DNA of 46,017 nt from Escherichia phage rolling. The position numbers were made by a program, and so were the translations under genes. The stretch's first letter is position 1; each line of letters starts with the position of its first letter. The stretch lies in sequence record NC_073056.1; one strand, given 5' to 3'. This document shows positions 42,895-46,017 of the stretch, one piece after another. The notes beneath the pieces were generated by a model that was given only the letters and a program-made list of their open reading frames with translations, was not told where the DNA came from and made no database searches.

Positions 42895-44919
42895 ATGGCA
42901 GCGGGTACACTATCCGTAACGAATAACAGCAAGGCGGTAGTCGGTGTCGGCACGACGTTCACCGCGTTTAAAGCTGGCGACTTCTTAACGTTGGTGGTGG
43001 GGCAAGTCCCTTACACTGTTGCTATCGCGTCCGTCGAAAGCGACACCGCGCTTACGCTGGTGCTGCCGTTCGACGGCCCCACGGCAACCGGCCTTGCCTG
43101 GGATGGCGTTGCGCGTGATACCATGTCCCTGGCGACGATGGGCGTAACAGTCCAGGCGCAGAAAGCATTTCGCTTGATGATTGCAGATGAAAACAACTGG
43201 CGTGCCATCTTCGGCGACGCTGAAGAAATCACAGTGACGTTACCAAACGGGCAGGTTATGCAGGGCATGTCATGGGGCTATCTGTCAAGTCTTCTAAAAG
43301 ACGTTGACCCGGTGGAGCTTCAGAATATTGCCAACCAGGCGGTGAGCGCGAAAAACCAGGCTGTAACCGCGAAAAACGATGCTGTGTCTGCCAAGAATGA
43401 TGCGCAGACTGCGAAGACTGCCGCAGAAACAGCGCGCACGCAAGCCCAGTCGGCTAAGACCGCCGCAGAGTCAGCACGTGACGACGCGCAGACGGCTAAG
43501 ACTGCCGCAGAAACAGCACGCACCCAGGCACAGACCGCGAAGACCGCCGCAGAAACCGCCAAGGGTGCGGCGGAAGACGCCCGCGATGAGGCGAAGCAAT
43601 ATGCAGAGCAAGCCGGAGCACCATATAAGCAGGTATTACAACCGCTACCAGACGTGTGGATTCCGTTTAACGATTCGCTGGATATGCTCGCAGGCTTCGC
43701 GCCCGGATACAAGACGGTTACGGTAGCCGACGACGAGGTTACTATGCCGAGCGACAAGGTGGTGTCGCTCAAGCGCGCATCAACGGCAACATATATTAAC
43801 AAGTCCGGCGAGTTTAAAATCGCAGAGATTGACGAGCCGAGATTCGAAAAATACGGCCTGCTCATTGAAGGCCAACGCACTAACCACATCATCAACGGGG
43901 GCGCTCCGGCTGGCTGGGGCCACAGCACATCGGTTGGCGTGGTTACGGGTACAGATGCTTTCGGTTTCTTGTATGGAAAGTTTGGTATCGGCCAGGGCGA
44001 CGTGGGCAGTACGACTGCGCTTAACCTGGCTTCCGTAACATCAGCAAACAGTCTGGATACTTCCGGCGTCGATAAGTATGTAACGGCGTCATGCCGCTTT
44101 CGGTCCGACAAGGATGTACGTCTTCGTGTGCGTTTTGCAGAAGGCGCGGATCAAGGCAGCATGGCTTTCTCTGGCGACGCGTACATTAAATTAAGCGATT
44201 TGTCCGTGTCTAAGACGGGTGTCGCGGCAGACCGCATTACCGTAGAAGTCGAGAAAGACGAAGCCACCGGATGGAATCGTGCGGTGGTAATGCTGCAAGC
44301 TACCACGGCGCTGGTGAACGCGCAGATCCAGATCTCGCCAGTGAGCAGTTATGCTGCCGGTGATTATATCGAACTGGCAACTCCGCAGGTTGAGTTAGGG
44401 ATCGGGGCGTCTTCATATATCATCTCCGGCACATCTCCAACCACACGCGCTAGCGATATGGTGACGGTACCGGCTAACCGCAACCTGTATAACCTGCCGT
44501 TTACGGTGCTTGTAGAAGTTCACAAGAACTGGTCTAAGGCGCCGAACGCAGCGCAGCGTGTATTCGACACCGGCGGTCATCAATCGGGTGCGGCTATTAT
44601 CCTGGGATTCGGGTCTGGCGCTATTGACGGGTATCCGTACTGCGACATCGGCGGTGCTAACAGACGTTTGAATGAAAACGCAGGGCTTAAGCATATGGTT
44701 ATGGGTATGCGTGTGAAAGAAAACCAGGACACTTGCGCGGTGAGTAACGGCATTCTTTCGACCGAATCGAAAACCACATGGACCTACCTGAAAGGGTCTG
44801 CGACGCTGCGAATCGGGGGTCAAACAACGACTGGAGACAGACACCTGTTCGGGCACGTCCGTAACTTCCGTATCTGGCATAATGCGCTGACCGACCTACA
44901 AATGGGGGAATTAGTGTGA
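42895..44919 (+). CDS. Tail fibre protein with internal Ala/Thr/Lys-rich tandem repeats
   Basis: Internal ATG (M10) with GAGGA RBS; repeats AKNDA.. / QTAKTAAETARTQ. Confidence 0.75.
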   Translation: MAAGTLSVTNNSKAVVGVGTTFTAFKAGDFLTLVVGQVPYTVAIASVESDTALTLVLPFDGPTATGLAWDGVARDTMSLATMGVTVQAQKAFRLMIADENNWRAIFGDAEEITVTLPNGQVMQGMSWGYLSSLLKDVDPVELQNIANQAVSAKNQAVTAKNDAVSAKNDAQTAKTAAETARTQAQSAKTAAESARDDAQTAKTAAETARTQAQTAKTAAETAKGAAEDARDEAKQYAEQAGAPYKQVLQPLPDVWIPFNDSLDMLAGFAPGYKTVTVADDEVTMPSDKVVSLKRASTATYINKSGEFKIAEIDEPRFEKYGLLIEGQRTNHIINGGAPAGWGHSTSVGVVTGTDAFGFLYGKFGIGQGDVGSTTALNLASVTSANSLDTSGVDKYVTASCRFRSDKDVRLRVRFAEGADQGSMAFSGDAYIKLSDLSVSKTGVAADRITVEVEKDEATGWNRAVVMLQATTALVNAQIQISPVSSYAAGDYIELATPQVELGIGASSYIISGTSPTTRASDMVTVPANRNLYNLPFTVLVEVHKNWSKAPNAAQRVFDTGGHQSGAAIILGFGSGAIDGYPYCDIGGANRRLNENAGLKHMVMGMRVKENQDTCAVSNGILSTESKTTWTYLKGSATLRIGGQTTTGDRHLFGHVRNFRIWHNALTDLQMGELV

Positions 44920-45173
44920 AAGACTTAACGCTGAAGTTTGAAAGCAAGGCCGCTTTTGCAGCCTTCAAAGCGCAATTGAATTGGGACGAGAACGAGGCGT
45001 TGCAGGATGATATTCTGCTTGATGTCATCGGCAACGTGTATGAGGGTGATGAGGATAATCTCGTTGCCGTTGAGGGGTACTTCGTTAACGTGCGCATTCT
45101 TGACGACGACCACGGCATTAACTTTGAGCAGTATGCCGTTGTGTTAGACTCCCCACTTCGTCAATGGGCTTAA
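44916..45173 (+). CDS. Hypothetical protein (85 aa), possible tail fibre assembly/chaperone
   Basis: ORF track; start overlaps upstream stop (GTGA); acidic. Confidence 0.5.
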   Translation: MKDLTLKFESKAAFAAFKAQLNWDENEALQDDILLDVIGNVYEGDEDNLVAVEGYFVNVRILDDDHGINFEQYAVVLDSPLRQWA

Positions 45174-45184
45174 GAGGGTAAATC

Positions 45185-46017
45185 ATGGTTACTAAAACAA
45201 ACATCCCCGCGGATATTACGGCGCTGCAAAATGCTACTTCATCATTGTCGTCTGACAAGATGGATAAATCCGACAACCTTGCCGGGTTAACTGACTTGTC
45301 CAAGTCGCGGAATAACCTGGGTTTAGGAGCGTTGGCGACTAAAGATTCGGCGGCGCTAAACTCCCCAGATACGACCGGTATTCTGCCCTTAGATAAGGGC
45401 GGTTTAGGCACTGGTACCATCCCTGGCGCACGGGAGACGATGCATATTTATGGTCATGGCGCTACATTCGGGGTCATAAATAATATCCTCACATACTTCA
45501 ACAATGTTGCGGATAACGGCGGACTCTTCTCGTTTCGAGATGGTGCCGTTGACGCCACGAACACCTACAAATTCGGCTCAGCAATACTGTTTCGCACAGC
45601 CGACACCTACGGACTGTTAAGTGTTGACCACAACAGCGGAAACGTTAGAGCATCCGGTGGTATAGTTTCTGGTGGGATCGCGACCTCAGCATACATCAAC
45701 AACATGTGGGGTACGCGTAACACCACCGTAGACAGTAACGGGTTTATTAAAACCGCGTCGCCCATCGTCAAGATCTACAGTGACGGCGTCGCGGAGACTA
45801 ACGACGAGGCAGAAGGCGTTACGGTGACCCGCATATCTGCAGGGGTGTATGTTGTGGAGGGGTGTCTAGGCCTCAACGCGGACCCATCCTGGGGCGGGCC
45901 TGACGGCGGGATTGAGATTCCGACGGACGCTAACAAGCAGCCTCGTTTATGGGTTGATTATAGCGTGCGCGCGGACGGCTCGGTGGAAGTTCGCACATAC
46001 CACCGCACACACCCACA
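45185..46017 (+). CDS. Tail fibre / tailspike protein, N-terminal part (runs off window end)
   Basis: ATG 45185 with RBS; open to 46017; N-terminus ...LSKSRNNLGLGALA resembles tail-fibre N-terminal motifs. Confidence 0.6.
   Translation, partial: MVTKTNIPADITALQNATSSLSSDKMDKSDNLAGLTDLSKSRNNLGLGALATKDSAALNSPDTTGILPLDKGGLGTGTIPGARETMHIYGHGATFGVINNILTYFNNVADNGGLFSFRDGAVDATNTYKFGSAILFRTADTYGLLSVDHNSGNVRASGGIVSGGIATSAYINNMWGTRNTTVDSNGFIKTASPIVKIYSDGVAETNDEAEGVTVTRISAGVYVVEGCLGLNADPSWGGPDGGIEIPTDANKQPRLWVDYSVRADGSVEVRTYHRTHP

Noticed and set aside
1-46017. Integrase, repressor/Cro switch or attachment site indicating a temperate phage
   Set aside because: No protein with recombinase or CI-like features was recognised; the gene content (own polymerase, primase, helicase) fits a virulent phage, though the window may not cover the whole genome

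Overview
The window reads as most of a tailed dsDNA phage genome with a siphovirus-like layout (lambda-like tail-tip module M/L/K/I/J, G/GT frameshifted chaperone, tape measure). No integrase or repressor is evident, so it is probably virulent. All functional calls are from motif recognition by eye; no database search was run. CDS ends follow the supplied ORF track; internal ATG starts were chosen by RBS context. Non-coding coordinates were placed by eye and may be off by 1-2 bp. Layout: (i) 140-12358, a leftward (minus-strand) early/replication operon: Dam-family N6-adenine methyltransferase, degenerate HNH-like protein, compact C5-methyltransferase-like protein, SF2 helicase, VRR-NUC nuclease, family A DNA polymerase, DUF2815-type SSB with an unusual tail, DUF2800/Cas4-like nuclease, and a charged-repeat protein. 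(ii) 12359-12628, a divergent control region with back-to-back sigma70-like promoters and a minus-strand terminator. (iii) Rightward genes: HTH regulator, primase-helicase, an iteron-rich intergenic region, small genes, holin/endolysin, an HTH-metallophosphoesterase fusion, terminase small and large subunits, portal, head morphogenesis protein, overlapping spanins, scaffold, capsid, head-tail genes, major tail, a second iteron-rich region, tape measure, tail tip, a Cor/Llp-like lipoprotein and tail fibres (last gene truncated by the window end). The most unusual items are: two related GCGGGACA iteron arrays 17 kb apart (candidate bipartite origin); a minus-strand two-gene moron inside the late operon encoding a truncated beta-sliding-clamp (DnaN) homologue and an unknown protein, flanked by a duplicated terminator; and a recurring ATTGGTTGCA motif in promoter regions.
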